From the NCBI GenBank assembly GCA_965603825.1, contig CBFDEM010000048.1, positions 372,001-436,000 of the forward strand: DNA of 64,000 bases. The letters run 5' to 3'. This DNA is from Blepharisma stoltei ATCC 30299. Taxonomy: Eukaryota > Protista > Ciliophora. The notes beneath the pieces were generated by a model. It saw only the letters and a program-made list of their open reading frames with translations. It was not told where the DNA came from and did not search any database. Position 1 is the first letter of the stretch, and each line of letters opens with the position of its first letter. Made by a program: the position numbers and the translations under genes. Positions 48,125 through 60,173 of this stretch are shown piece by piece.

Positions 48125-49609
48125 TTAAGGCTGAAGTAATGAACCCCACGTTATAGGGTTTTGGACAGATCTTCTTGGGCTGGAAGGGACATAAAGTTCA
48201 AGTAAAGAGCTTTCTTTTGTCCGTTTATCATCTTCTTCTATATATGGAGACGTTTCTCTCCTCGGTGATTTCGCTCTCGGTTTTTTGGTTTTTTTGACTT
48301 TATTATTTTTATTTTTCCAATCAACAATATGAGAAAATAAAATTCCTATTCTGTCAATTGTAGACCCCTTTGGAAAATTTTCGCCCATTTCTTTAAATAA
48401 TGGCTCTAAGTTTGGCCTTGGTGTTAGCTCTTCATATCCAGCCGCAGCCCTTACAGAAAGCTCAGTTTTTTCTTTCAGTAGCTGAGAAATCCTCATTTCT
48501 AGCTCATCATTAGACTCATATGACTGCTTTAATTTATAAATAATAGTGGAATACCCTCCACTGAAATTTTCGTATTTATCTTTAAGTTTTTCATATTCCA
48601 CGTTGGCAAGTCTCAGCTGCTCTCTCAGCCTTGTATTGACCTCGTTGGTCTTTTTTAGCTCGTCATTAATATCACTATTTAAAAATTCTGCATCTTTTAA
48701 AGCTTTTTTGCAGTTTTTTAATTTTGAGTCAAGCTCAGAGGTTTTGGCAATGGCGATTTTTAGTTCGCGGAGTTTTCTGTCAAAGTCTGCTTTTAATTTT
48801 TGATACTCATCTGCTAAATCAACGTTTCCTTCTAATTTTCCATCAATAATTCTTTGCAATTCTGCCGTTTTTTTATTAATCTCCTCAATCTCCTCCACAT
48901 GCTTCTTTTTCAACTCTTCAATATTTTTTTCATTTTGCAATTCTTTCCCTATATATCCCTCATTTATTTCATTCAAAATATAATACAAATAAGAATACGG
49001 TACATATCCATCCAAATCACTTAGTGCATCTATATGTTTCTCATACACAATTTCCAATAGCTTTGGTTTAATTTCTTCTTTATTGGCGAAAATTGCATTT
49101 TTTATTTCATCCACTATATATTTCATTTCAGCTTGATACTTGCCTTCTTCATTAGACAAAATTTCAAGTGTTTTTAATACGAGTTTAAGCCGATTAATAG
49201 TTTGGCTTGAGTCATATGGTCTTTGAGTTGTTACCATTAGTTCTCTTAAAGTTGTGATTATATCAGATTTTGTTTTAATAAAGGGAGAGTTGAATTCGTG
49301 ATAACGGAATTCAGGTTCAGAAATTTTAAAAAAGTGAGCAGGCTTGGTCGGCGTTTGGTTTCTATTCGAAATTCAGTTATCTGTAGCCGCATGAGGACTT
49401 TTAGGTTTTTCAGAAGGCAGAAACGATGATGTGTATTTATGGAATCGGTTTTTCGTAAACGTAAATCTATCAGTCATTGGATATGACATTCTAGGCGATG
49501 ATACTGAATTTGTAAAAGTAGGTCTTTCCTTTAGATACCCTGAACTTTTTATTTGCTCTCTCAGATTAGGGAGTAATGGTGAAGCTTTTTTTCCTTTATA
49601 ATTTTCCAT
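48125..49609 (-). CDS. Coiled-coil protein (TSNAXIP1-like LTPRP motif)
   Basis: Two track ORFs joined by TGA=Trp at 49373. Confidence 0.7.
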
Positions 49610-49727
49610 TTATATTTAAATTAATTTTTTACAAGTTTTAATAAACCTTCCCGTTTCGTCCAATTTTTTATGAAAATTTGTATCATCTCTTGCTTTCTGC
49701 CAAAAAACCCAAAAATTATAATAAAAA

Positions 49728-50501
49728 ATGGAAAGTATTTCGCTCAACTTAAATTTTCATGACACATTGGAATGCCCAATATGCTGTGATTACTACACCC
49801 CTCCTATATATTTGTGTCCAAACGGCCACAGCATTTGTGGAACTTGTTCCTCAAATTCAAGATGCTGCCCGCTCTGCCGAGCCCAATTAAGCCGAGTTTC
49901 ACGAAATCTTGTCCTTGAAAACATCCTTGAACAAATTTCAGTCCCTTGCAAGTTTGAAGGCTGCAAAGAAAACACGACGCTGGCAAATCGCAATCAGCAT
50001 TTCAAAGTGTGCCCTTTCAATAATTTCACCAAGTGTATTGAATGCAATAATAATGAAGAAGACTTAGTAGCTCATTTAATCAGAAACCATGAGTATAAAG
50101 AAATCTCAATGGAAGAGTCAGGAGGCCTCAGATCATTTTCAGGGCCGTTTGATTCCTGGGTAAGAGATACAGACTGGCCGAAAGGAGTTTGAAGATTTGG
50201 AAATGATCCACTGGTCGTTCACGCGAAAAGTTATGGAGGCATTTTCCACATTTTTTTGTACAGAATTGCCCGAAAGCCGATGAAAGTAAGTTTGAAGGTT
50301 GAAAATGGGGATTACTCAATATCTTTTAAAGGGGAAATTCCGAATATTATGGAATACAAAGAAAAAATGACTGACCCTCATTTCAATTGCGAGGTTAATT
50401 TATTGCTGAGCAATTTTGTAAAAATGCACGATGATGATGAAGAAATTTTGAGACTTAGCATGAAAGTAAAGCGGCTTCCATCTGTTGAAATGCAAAAATA
50501 A
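49728..50501 (+). CDS. SINA/SIAH-like RING E3 ubiquitin ligase
   Basis: LECPIC...PPIYLCPNGHSIC..C...CPLCR...RNLVLE...PCKF.GC...H...C; TGA=Trp at 50190. Confidence 0.88.
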
Positions 50502-50543
50502 GTTCTAAATATTATATTTTAAGACTTAAACAGTTTTTTTTCT

Positions 50544-50948
50544 TTATTTTGGTGCAGCTAGTACTGGACCTTGATGCGAGCGAAGTCTTCGTGCTTTTCA
50601 TAAGTGGTTCGGTGAATTTATAACAGAAGATGGTTCAGTATATTGATCTTTTAATGGTATTAAAAGAGAATTTCTTTGGAAATTATCTTCTTTAAGACAT
50701 AAATATGCACACAAGCAAACACAACAACACAAAGGGATAATTGCTACAAGTAGGAGCACCCCGATTACAATTTTAAACCAATCTACATTAAAAATTTTTT
50801 CTTGCCCTTTGCCTTGTTTAGCGTCTTGATCATCGCTATCATATAAATCGGCGTCCTCGATACCAAAAACAATGTCTTCGTCTATAGCTAAGCTATATGT
50901 ATAACTTATAATTATAAAACAGCAACAAACAAAAAATAACTTGGCCAT
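50544..50948 (-). CDS. Small single-pass membrane protein with Cys-rich juxtamembrane segment
   Basis: Signal peptide, TM, then CCCVCLC. The track stop is TGA, so the true stop is TAA at 50544. Confidence 0.65.
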
Positions 50949-50975
50949 AGTCGATAAGATTTGTTTTTATAATAA

Positions 50976-52982
50976 ATGGGGAATAGTGATTCACAAGCTC
51001 ATTTCAAGAATAACATTTCAGGATTTTTTGAGAAAAATCTTAGCGAGATGGACAACGCATATTGGATTGAAATGATCAGAATTCCTTATTCCTTTGATGA
51101 TATTTACGCAGCTGTAAGTCCTGCTATGGTTAGGGATTTATTAAGCAAACATCCAGAAAACGTGTTAGCAGTGATAAAAGTATGCAAAGAATTGATATGA
51201 AAAGGCTCAAAAGAAGGCGAAGGAGATTTTCATAGAAATATTGTGCTAAACGCCGTCAGACTTGTGAGTAGAATTATTCCGATCTTGTTGGAAAATCAAG
51301 AAATTAGGGCAACACTATGGGAAAGCGGCGTAGCATTTGGAATTGTCGATGGACTGATGGGGCTTTTATTTCGATATAACTTCGGGATTAATATTGTCAG
51401 CAATTTAAGCCCTTACGATGTCGATCCTGGCAGAATTTGGAAGGAAGGAATTTATTCGAGTATTCCTCAAAACGTTTCTTATGAAATTTCTGATGAAAAT
51501 AGAGTGGAAACATTACGATGCATTTTATCTTGCTGCTCACAAACGCTATATGCAGATTTATCGACAGCTGAAAATTTTATTAATCCTTGGACTTGGCTGT
51601 TTTCTTCATATGAAATCAGACACTGTAAAGATGCATTTTATAGCCTGTTTAACACAGCTTTAGGGTTCTCTAAAGAAGGATTTGGCTTATTTTCATCTCA
51701 ATCAGCTTCAGAAAACGAAGCATCATTGGCTGCACAAGTATTGATTGTCCTTTTAGACTCAAAAGTCCCTGAAATTCATGCTATTGAAAATAATGAAGAG
51801 CTGTCAGCTGTATATAACATTTTATTAGAAATTCATAATGGTTTTGTAGAGAATTCCAGCATAAAAACCCAGTTAAAGCTTGGTAACGTATTTCTTGAAT
51901 GTTTAAAAGAAATTGAAGACACCGAACAATTTGATTTTATTATCAACAGCTTTGTCCGGCATTTTGGAACAATCATTGATTCAATGGTGTCTTATTTGTC
52001 AATAACTTCAAAAGATATTGTCTATTTCCAAGAGTTATTAATATTGTTTTGGTATTTGATAGATTTTAATACAAATTTCAAAGAAGCTGTTATAAAGCAT
52101 CAAGAATTTCACAAAATTATTGATCTTTTATTAGTTATTATTTGGCATAATCATGAAACTTTAACAAAGGCAGGGATTGTTCAATTATCAATTTTCATAA
52201 TTTTGCATTTTTCAAGCGAAAGAGAATTTTCTATCCAAATGGCAAAGCCTTATCAGAATCATTTACCTATAAATATTATAGGGCTAGAATATTATTTTGA
52301 TATCCTTATTAATATTTTTCACACAATAATTGTAGGAAATCCGAATTTGACAGACACAATTTCAACATTTATGATAATCTTACTTAATTTATCTCCTCAC
52401 ATCAAGAAAATCGGAAATTCCTCATCTCTCAAACTTTTCGCCCTTTTTGAGCATTTTTCAGCTAAAAAATTTATTTATAAAGACAAGAAAAATGCAAACT
52501 ATTTATATCAAATTTTAGACGTCTTCAACAACCGTCTTCAATATCAATGGGATGGAAGCTTATACTTGGTCTATGCAATTATCAGCAAAAAGAGCATAAT
52601 CGACAAATTCATAAATTTACAATATGAACCCCCTATAGAACCTGCATGGGATATCTCAGAAGAATGATTTACAAACTTCAAAAACAATTTGCCAATTGGG
52701 CTTTTAATAGCTCTATATACCGATTTATTGCCTCGTATAGAAAAACTCTGCTCGAAAAATTCCCAAATCATCGAAACTGAAATTATTGATTTTCTCAAAA
52801 AAACGACAATGGTCGGAATTTTCCCTGTGCCTCATATTTTATATCTACGTAAATTCCACTCCACAAGACAAACAATAAATTGGCTGAGCTCTTTGATTTG
52901 GGGAACAATTTATAGCAGAAACAGCAAGCCTCAGATTTTTGACTATACAACAATAAAGCTTTTTATAGTTTCTTCTAATTAA
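50976..52982 (+). CDS. HID1: HID1/Ecm30 (dymeclin-like) protein
   Basis: MGNSDS myristoyl motif, LNAVRLVSRIIP, NRLQYQWDG...LVYAI, TTMVGIFPVPH, IKLF; TGA=Trp at 51198 and 52665. Confidence 0.88.
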
Positions 52983-52998
52983 CAGTATTCTGTATTAA

Positions 52999-53568
52999 TT
53001 AAGATTTTGAAGGGATTAGGGGAGAGTTGGATTCTCCACTGTGTAAGCTGTCAATATGAACACTTTTGACTCCTGCATTTCTCAGTCTTTTAATGAACAT
53101 GATAACCCTAATTAAAGTAACAAAGTTTCTTACAGCTAAAATAATGTTGCCTGCAACTCCTGGCAAGTCGTCTTCTCTTTCAAAATCCACATAAAATGTT
53201 ATGACGATAGCTATAGACGAAGCCACTGTTAAAATGAGATCTATGATATTAATCCATGTCTTGAAAAACCATGCACAGCCAAATATATATAATCTTGCTA
53301 TTAGCTCCAACATAACAGCAACTGCAATAACTCATTCAAGTATAACAAACCATAAAGGATCTATTTAAATTGTACCTTGAAAATGCCCGTATTCAATAAT
53401 GATCCATACTGTAGTAAAGAGACATGCAATGATCAGCAGAATATATAGAATTTGTGTGATTTTTGAAAAATATATGCTTTTTATGCAGTTTTTGCAGTTG
53501 CTGGATTCGTTTACTTTAATAATTGTGGAAACGTGAGGATTTGGAGTTAAACTTTTACTGGCTTCCAT
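52999..53568 (-). CDS. Stand-alone voltage-sensor-like 4-TM protein
   Basis: Intron 53361-53375 plus one TGA=Trp. S2 LE...LELIARL, S3 W.NIID, S4 with spaced Arg residues. Confidence 0.7.
53361..53375 (-). other. 15-nt intron
   Basis: GTACAATTTAAATAG; removes an in-frame TAA. Confidence 0.88.
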
Positions 53569-53720
53569 ATATTAATATTAATACATATGGAGGAATAATT
53601 TTGCATGATTTTCTTCTATAGCTTAAAGAATTCGTAATAAATGAATAGCATATATTAATCTGCTTAAAAACCGATAAAGTAAAAGATAGCAGTCTAATAA
53701 TTATTCCCAATAAAGATTAG

Positions 53721-55445
53721 TTACAAAATTACATCAATTTCTTCTTCTATTTCTCTTAGTGAGGAATTTGGACTCAGCCTCAACTTTACAGCGATTTTAT
53801 CTAATAAAAGCTGCATAGCGTGATGATCTGCTAGCAAGCCATTCAGCTCATTCAACAGCTCATTTGGTTCTGTAACTCTTAAAAACCCAGTCAGCCTATT
53901 AACAAGTGCTTTATTTCCATCAAAATCCATATTTTGCTTTAATTTCACATAATCCTCCATTAACCTCCTAATCCATTTTCACACTTGTTTTGCTGATGGC
54001 TCAGATCCAAAAACCCCTGGAGGTGAACATGTTTTTATAAGCTGAGAAATTCTTTTAATTAGCTCAGCATTTGTGTGTGATGCCCCTTGAATTTGTTTTA
54101 TTTTTGGGATTATTTCGCTGGCTGCTTCTATTTTTAAATTCAATAAAATTTCACTGATCAATGAATCATTGGAAAAATGAGAATTTTCTTTATTATTTTT
54201 GTGGTAATTTTCTTTTTTCTTTTTGGGCGATCTAAGTGGAGATCTATTAGCATCGGAAGGGAAAACAGTGATTTCTTCTAATTTCCGTTTATGCTTGAGA
54301 TCGTGGGATAATTGTTCATTTTCTTTAGCTAAGGCAGAAATTTTGTCTTTTAGTTTCATTACTACAAATTCATGGTTTTTGTCGTCAAGAGCGTGCAACT
54401 TCATTTCTCGCAGCTCTTCTTCAAATACTCTATTTTTATTTAATAAATTCTCTATTTCTTCGTCTTTTCTTGAATTTTCTCTTTTAAGCTGTCCAATTTG
54501 CCTATCTTTTTCTTCAAGTAAAGTCTTAATTTCTGCTTCTTTAATATTTTTTCCGGAATTCAGCCTTGCAATTTCTCTTTGCATATCAGAGATGCTTGAT
54601 TTCATTTGGACAATTTGTCTTTCTTGGCTCAGAATCGTGTTTTGTAACTCTTCATTTTCTTTAGAGAAGTTGGATTTTTCTCTTATTAATCTTGTGATTT
54701 CCCTTTCAAATTCTTCCATTTTTTTGATTTTGTCTTCCTCAAGCCTTTGATTATTTAGTCTTTCTAATTCTAAGTTCCTTATTTGCTGATCCTTAGCATT
54801 TAATTGATTTTGTGCATTTTCATACTGCTGTTGCAATTTTTCGTGTTTATTTTCTAACGAAATATGTTGCTGTTTTATATTATAAATTTTTTTCTCAAAC
54901 TGCATTTCATAGCTTTCTCTTTCATTTCTCAAATTATTAAAATTATCTTTTGCTTCTTTTAGCTCTTGCATAATTTTTTGTTGCTTTTTTGTTAATTCCT
55001 CAATGATATTTTCTCTTTCTTCGACTTTTAATTCAAGTTTCGCAGTTTTTTCTTTTTCATACTCAAGCAGCATTTGAAGTTCCCAATTTTCTTTATTTTT
55101 TGTAGCAGACTCATTGAAATTGTATTTGAATCTGGGACTGGTCAAATCACTTACTGAATGAGATGACCTAAGAAGATTTTCTGAGGTTTGGAAAATTAAT
55201 GATTTGTCGCCTTTTGGAGATTTTTCTTTAATAGATGATAAGCTGTAAATCATATGACGATTTTCATCTGAGCTTTCTACAGTAAATTGGCTGTCAGAGC
55301 TGACAGGAGAACTTTCATTAGATAATAGGGGAGGAATTTGAGACTTTGTGTGAGTAAGTCCTTGAGAAGGGCTTAGTTTTTCTATTGCTTGTCTTATGCT
55401 TGAAAGTGTCTCTTGAATCGGACTCTTTTGAGGTGTCGTTGCCAT
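53721..55445 (-). CDS. Coiled-coil protein, possibly centrosomal
   Basis: ATG 55445 (MATTPQK); TGA=Trp at 53979 joins the C-terminal ORF. Confidence 0.75.
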
Positions 55446-55506
55446 TTTGAAATATACAGTTAAAGTTAATTTAAAATTCGATTTACCCAATTTTAATTTG
55501 GTTAAC

Positions 55507-57120
55507 TTAAAGTGGGACATTTCCATGCTTCCTCCAAGGTCTCTCGACTTTCTTAGTTTTCAGAAGCTTTAAGTCTTGGATAAGTCTCTTTCTGGTGTCT
55601 CTAGGAGTCAAAATTTCATCAATAAATCCTCTCTGTGCTGCAATTAGAGGATTGGCGAATTTTTCTTCGTATTTCTTAGTTTCAGCAGGAATATCTCCTC
55701 CTCTGAAAATAATTTCACAAGCTCCTTTAGCTCCCATGACAGCGATTTCTCCAGTTGGCCATGAATAGTTGAAATCTCCTTTCAAGTGTTTGGAGTTCAT
55801 CACACAGTAAGCTCCACCATAAGCTTTTCTTGTAATGATTGTGATCTTTGGTACTGTAGCTTCTGAATAAGCGTAAAGGATTTTAGCACCATGGGTAATG
55901 ATACCATTGTGTTCTTCATGGACTCCTGGCAAATACCCAGGAACATCTTCGAAAGTGACAATCGGAATGTTGAATGAGTCACAGAATCTGATGAATCTTG
56001 CAGCTTTAATTGAAGAAAGTCTGTCTAAAACACCAGCTAATGATTGTGGCTGATTTGCAATAAAGCCTACAGTTTCTGTGCCAAGTCTTCCAAACCCAAC
56101 AAGAATGTTTTTGGCATAATCTGGCTGAACTTCTAAGAAATATTCATCATCGCAGATTGATTTGAGAACGACTCTCATATCGTAAGGCTTATTAGGATCT
56201 TCTGGTACGAATTTGTCTAGAACTGGGATTTCTCTATCGAAAGGATCTGCAGTTGGTTTTGGAGTAGCTTTTTCTCTATTTGAGCTTGGTAAGAAACCTA
56301 AGAAATTTCTAACAAACATTAAAGCTTCAACGTCGTTATTCAATGCGAAATGTGAGACACCAGATTTTGAACTGTGAACTTTAGCTCCACCGAGGCCTTC
56401 CATATCGATTTCTTCGTGGGTCACTGCCTTTACGACATCTGGACCTGTCACAAACATAAAGGAAGAGTTTTTAACCATAAAGATAAAATCTGTTAATGCA
56501 GGAGAATACACAGCTCCTCCAGCACAAGGTCCCATAATCATGGAAAGTTGAGGGATAACACCTGAGGCTTGAACATTGTTGTAGAAAATGTCAGAGTAGC
56601 CTCCGAGTGACTGTACTCCTTCTTGGATTCTAGCTCCACCGCTGTCGTTGAGTCCAATAATTGGAGCCCCTGCATTTAAAGCTTTTTCTTGAACTTTGCA
56701 TACTTTCTCAGCAACGGTCTCTGATAAGGTGCCTCCACCTACAGTAAAATCGTAGCTGTATACAAAGACCAATTTCCCATCAACATAGCCATGCCCTGAG
56801 ACTAATCCATCACCTGGATGTTTGGTTTTTTCCATTCCGAAATCTGTACATCTGTGAGTCACTAACTGATCGTATTCGACAAATGTGCCAGGATCTACGA
56901 GCAATTCAACTCTTTCTCTAGCTGAAAGCTTGTGTTTTTGATGTTGCTTTTCGATTCTTTTTGCATCTCCGAAAACAGATTGCTGACGGAGATGTGCAAG
57001 CTTGTCCATGAATCCTTTAGTGTCTGGACATGATGCTGGTTGAACAGCGAGCTGCTTTGCTAAACCTTCATTTAGCCTTTGGAAGCGAAAAGAGGATGCC
57101 CTCCTCACCAATCGATACAT
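55507..57120 (-). CDS. PCCB: Propionyl-CoA carboxylase beta chain, copy 1
   Basis: DSGGARIQEG, MGPCAGGAVYSPALTDF, RKAYGGAY, WRKHGNVPL. Confidence 0.96.
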   Translation of the reverse strand: MYRLVRRASSFRFQRLNEGLAKQLAVQPASCPDTKGFMDKLAHLRQQSVFGDAKRIEKQHQKHKLSARERVELLVDPGTFVEYDQLVTHRCTDFGMEKTKHPGDGLVSGHGYVDGKLVFVYSYDFTVGGGTLSETVAEKVCKVQEKALNAGAPIIGLNDSGGARIQEGVQSLGGYSDIFYNNVQASGVIPQLSMIMGPCAGGAVYSPALTDFIFMVKNSSFMFVTGPDVVKAVTHEEIDMEGLGGAKVHSSKSGVSHFALNNDVEALMFVRNFLGFLPSSNREKATPKPTADPFDREIPVLDKFVPEDPNKPYDMRVVLKSICDDEYFLEVQPDYAKNILVGFGRLGTETVGFIANQPQSLAGVLDRLSSIKAARFIRFCDSFNIPIVTFEDVPGYLPGVHEEHNGIITHGAKILYAYSEATVPKITIITRKAYGGAYCVMNSKHLKGDFNYSWPTGEIAVMGAKGACEIIFRGGDIPAETKKYEEKFANPLIAAQRGFIDEILTPRDTRKRLIQDLKLLKTKKVERPWRKHGNVPL

Positions 57121-57803
57121 ATTTTAATAGTAAATGGGATTATTCAAATAGATCAAGAATTACTGAATTTCTATATGATACTGAAATTAGCTATTTTAAT
57201 TTATTATATTTTGCAAGTAAACTTAATTTTGAGCCTGCATTTTATTTCAGATAAAAGTTTATAAAGTAAATTCCAGACATATTATTTATAAAAATATCTC
57301 TGGTATCAGAAACTTTGATATGCTTGCCAAATGCATAGATTTTCACGTTAAATTAATTATCTTAGGTATCAATGACTTCAGCATCAAAAAAGTATTATTA
57401 ATAGAACTGGAATTAAAATTTTATCCATAGAATTTAATTTCATTGAATTATTCCTGAATTTATATCGCTGCTCAAGCTTGTGCTAAATTGTATATGCTCA
57501 TCTGTTATTTATTTATAAAGTTGATTTAGATTATAAAGTCCAGAAAAATTCATGTAAGCGAGCAATAAAAGTTTTTTTCAGGGATAAATCCAATATTATT
57601 TTATGCGACATAATCATCTGTAAAACCAAATAAACTAAAAATTTAAAAGTGAAAGTATATTTTAATCAGTAAAAGATATTTTAATTAACTCTATGTGATG
57701 CTATAAAAAATTAAATTTATCAGTGCTATATTAGCATATCTATTATCAATCAATTTTAAAAATTAATTTCAAAGTCAATTTGCCCATTTTTAATTTGGTT
57801 AAC

Positions 57804-59417
57804 TTAAAGTGGGACATTCCCATGCTTCCTCCAAGGTCTTTCAACTTTCTTAGTTTTCAGAAGTCTCAAATCTTGGATAAGTCTCTTTCTGGTATCTCTA
57901 GGAGTCAAAATTTCATCAATAAATCCTCTCTGTGCTGCAATTAGAGGATTGGCGAATTTTTCTTCGTATTTCTTAGTTTCAGCAGGAATATCTCCTCCTC
58001 TGAAAATAATTTCACAAGCTCCTTTAGCTCCCATGACAGCGATTTCTCCAGTTGGCCATGAATAGTTGAAATCTCCTTTCAAGTGTTTGGAGTTCATCAC
58101 ACAGTAAGCTCCACCATAAGCTTTTCTTGTAATGATTGTGATCTTTGGTACTGTAGCTTCTGAATAAGCGTAAAGGATTTTAGCACCGTGGGTAATGATA
58201 CCATTGTGTTCTTCATGGACTCCTGGCAAATACCCAGGAACATCTTCGAAAGTGACAATCGGAATGTTGAATGAGTCACAGAATCTGATGAATCTTGCAG
58301 CTTTAATTGAAGAAAGTCTGTCTAAAACACCAGCTAATGATTGTGGCTGGTTTGCTATGAATCCGACCGTCTCAGTTCCAAGTCTTCCAAATCCAACAAG
58401 AATGTTTTTAGCGTAGTCAGGCTGAACTTCTAAGAAATATTCATCATCGCAGATTGATTTGAGGACGACTCTCATATCGTAAGGCTTATTAGGATCTTCT
58501 GGGACAAATTTGTCGAGAACTGGGATTTCTCTATCGAAAGGATCTGCTGTTGGTTTTGGAGTAGCTTTTTCTCTATTTGAGCTTGGTAAGAAACCTAAGA
58601 AATTTCTAACAAACATTAAAGCTTCAACATCGTTATTCAATGCGAAATGTGAGACACCAGATTTTGAGCTGTGAACTTTAGCTCCACCGAGGCCTTCCAT
58701 ATCGATTTCTTCGTGGGTCACTGCCTTTACGACATCTGGACCTGTCACAAACATAAAGGAAGAGTTTTTAACCATAAAGATAAAATCTGTTAATGCAGGA
58801 GAATACACAGCTCCTCCAGCACAAGGTCCCATAATCATGGAAAGTTGAGGGATAACACCTGAGGCTTGAACATTGTTGTAGAAAATGTCAGAGTAGCCTC
58901 CGAGTGACTGTACTCCTTCTTGGATTCTAGCTCCACCGCTGTCGTTGAGTCCAATAATTGGAGCTCCTACATTTAATGCTTTTTCTTGAACTTTGCATAC
59001 TTTCTCAGCAACGGTTTCTGATAAGGTGCCTCCGCCAACAGTAAAATCGTAGCTGTATACAAAGACCAGTTTTCCATCAACATAGCCATGTCCAGAAACT
59101 AATCCATCACCTGGATGTTTGGTTTTTTCCATTCCGAAATCTGTACATCTGTGAGTCACTAACTGATCGTATTCGACAAATGTGCCAGGATCTACGAGCA
59201 ATTCAACTCTTTCTCTAGCTGAAAGCTTGTGTTTTACATGCTGCTTTTCGATTCTTTTTGCATCTCCGAAAACAGATTGCTGACGGAGATGTGCAAGCTT
59301 ATCCATAAAACCTTTGGTATCTGGACATGATGCTGGTTGAACAGCGAGCTGCTTTGCTAAACCTTCATTTAGCTTTTGGAAGCGGAAAGAGGCTCCTCTC
59401 CTCACCAATCGATACAT
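57804..59417 (-). CDS. PCCB: Propionyl-CoA carboxylase beta chain, copy 2
   Basis: Same motifs; about 6 aa differences from copy 1. Confidence 0.96.
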   Translation of the reverse strand: MYRLVRRGASFRFQKLNEGLAKQLAVQPASCPDTKGFMDKLAHLRQQSVFGDAKRIEKQHVKHKLSARERVELLVDPGTFVEYDQLVTHRCTDFGMEKTKHPGDGLVSGHGYVDGKLVFVYSYDFTVGGGTLSETVAEKVCKVQEKALNVGAPIIGLNDSGGARIQEGVQSLGGYSDIFYNNVQASGVIPQLSMIMGPCAGGAVYSPALTDFIFMVKNSSFMFVTGPDVVKAVTHEEIDMEGLGGAKVHSSKSGVSHFALNNDVEALMFVRNFLGFLPSSNREKATPKPTADPFDREIPVLDKFVPEDPNKPYDMRVVLKSICDDEYFLEVQPDYAKNILVGFGRLGTETVGFIANQPQSLAGVLDRLSSIKAARFIRFCDSFNIPIVTFEDVPGYLPGVHEEHNGIITHGAKILYAYSEATVPKITIITRKAYGGAYCVMNSKHLKGDFNYSWPTGEIAVMGAKGACEIIFRGGDIPAETKKYEEKFANPLIAAQRGFIDEILTPRDTRKRLIQDLRLLKTKKVERPWRKHGNVPL

Positions 59418-59822
59418 ATTTTAATAGTAATGGGATCCTTAAATAGATATAGGATTACTGAATTTTTTATATGGTGTTTGATAAATAAGCTTAGAATTTA
59501 TTTTACTTAAATTTACTTAGAAAATAATTCAACTTATGATTCAATTACTGACTTTTAGCCTAAATTTTCAAAAGGGAACCAGTGGACATATTATTTAAGA
59601 AAATCTATTTTGAGATCAGAAACTATTTTATATCAATTAAGTGCTTCTAGCTGAAATGACAATTTCCTCAAAAAATTTTCTCACTACTCCTAAATTAAAA
59701 TCCTTCATCAGCTATTAATCCATTAAAAATATTCTCAAAATTTTTAAGGCGATATTAATTATACAATTTCATAATTAATTACTCTTAGCCTTATCCATAA
59801 AATTATCAATTTGTATGAACAT

Positions 59823-60173
59823 TTAATTATGCATTAGCCTAAAGAATTCTTTTGGCCCAGAAAGCTCGCCTTCTACTAAGCTTCCATACAGAGAAGATGA
59901 AGGGGTTGATATAAGGAATGCATTTTCATATTCCCCTCTCATAAGAGAGCCTCCAAAAGATTTAATTGATAGCGTTGATAGTGACCTCATATGAGAAATA
60001 TTTTTTGCTTTTCATTTTCCCGATACTATTTGCGATGTATTTTGTGATGATAAGCTTATATCGTCGAATTCTTCGTCAGCAGATTTTTTAAATTCATATT
60101 GGCTCTGTTCTACAGCGTTTTCAATTTGAATTAACTCTCCTTTATCTGGCTTATTACACTGACAACAGCCCAT
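59823..60173 (-). CDS. Small protein with MGCC dual-acylation motif (116 aa); missed by the ORF track
   Basis: MGCCQCNKPDK..., one TGA=Trp, TAA at 59823. Confidence 0.65.

Larger units (their letters stand above)
55470..59630. repeat. Tandem duplication of PCCB and flanks (offset 2297 nt)
   Basis: CDSs are near identical; 5' and 3' flanks are recognisably homologous but more diverged. Confidence 0.85.

Noticed and set aside
54223-54750. Antisense ORFs in the track (e.g. 54223-54750, 32685-33083, 63652-63948, 1721-2056, 11317-11780)
   Set aside because: Shadow or alternate-frame ORFs of real genes, with S/F/L-rich composition and no motifs.
55446-55526. ORF start at 55526 overlapping the PCCB stop
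   Set aside because: The ATG at 55445 after an AT-rich leader is more plausible; the extension is PCCB 3' flank.
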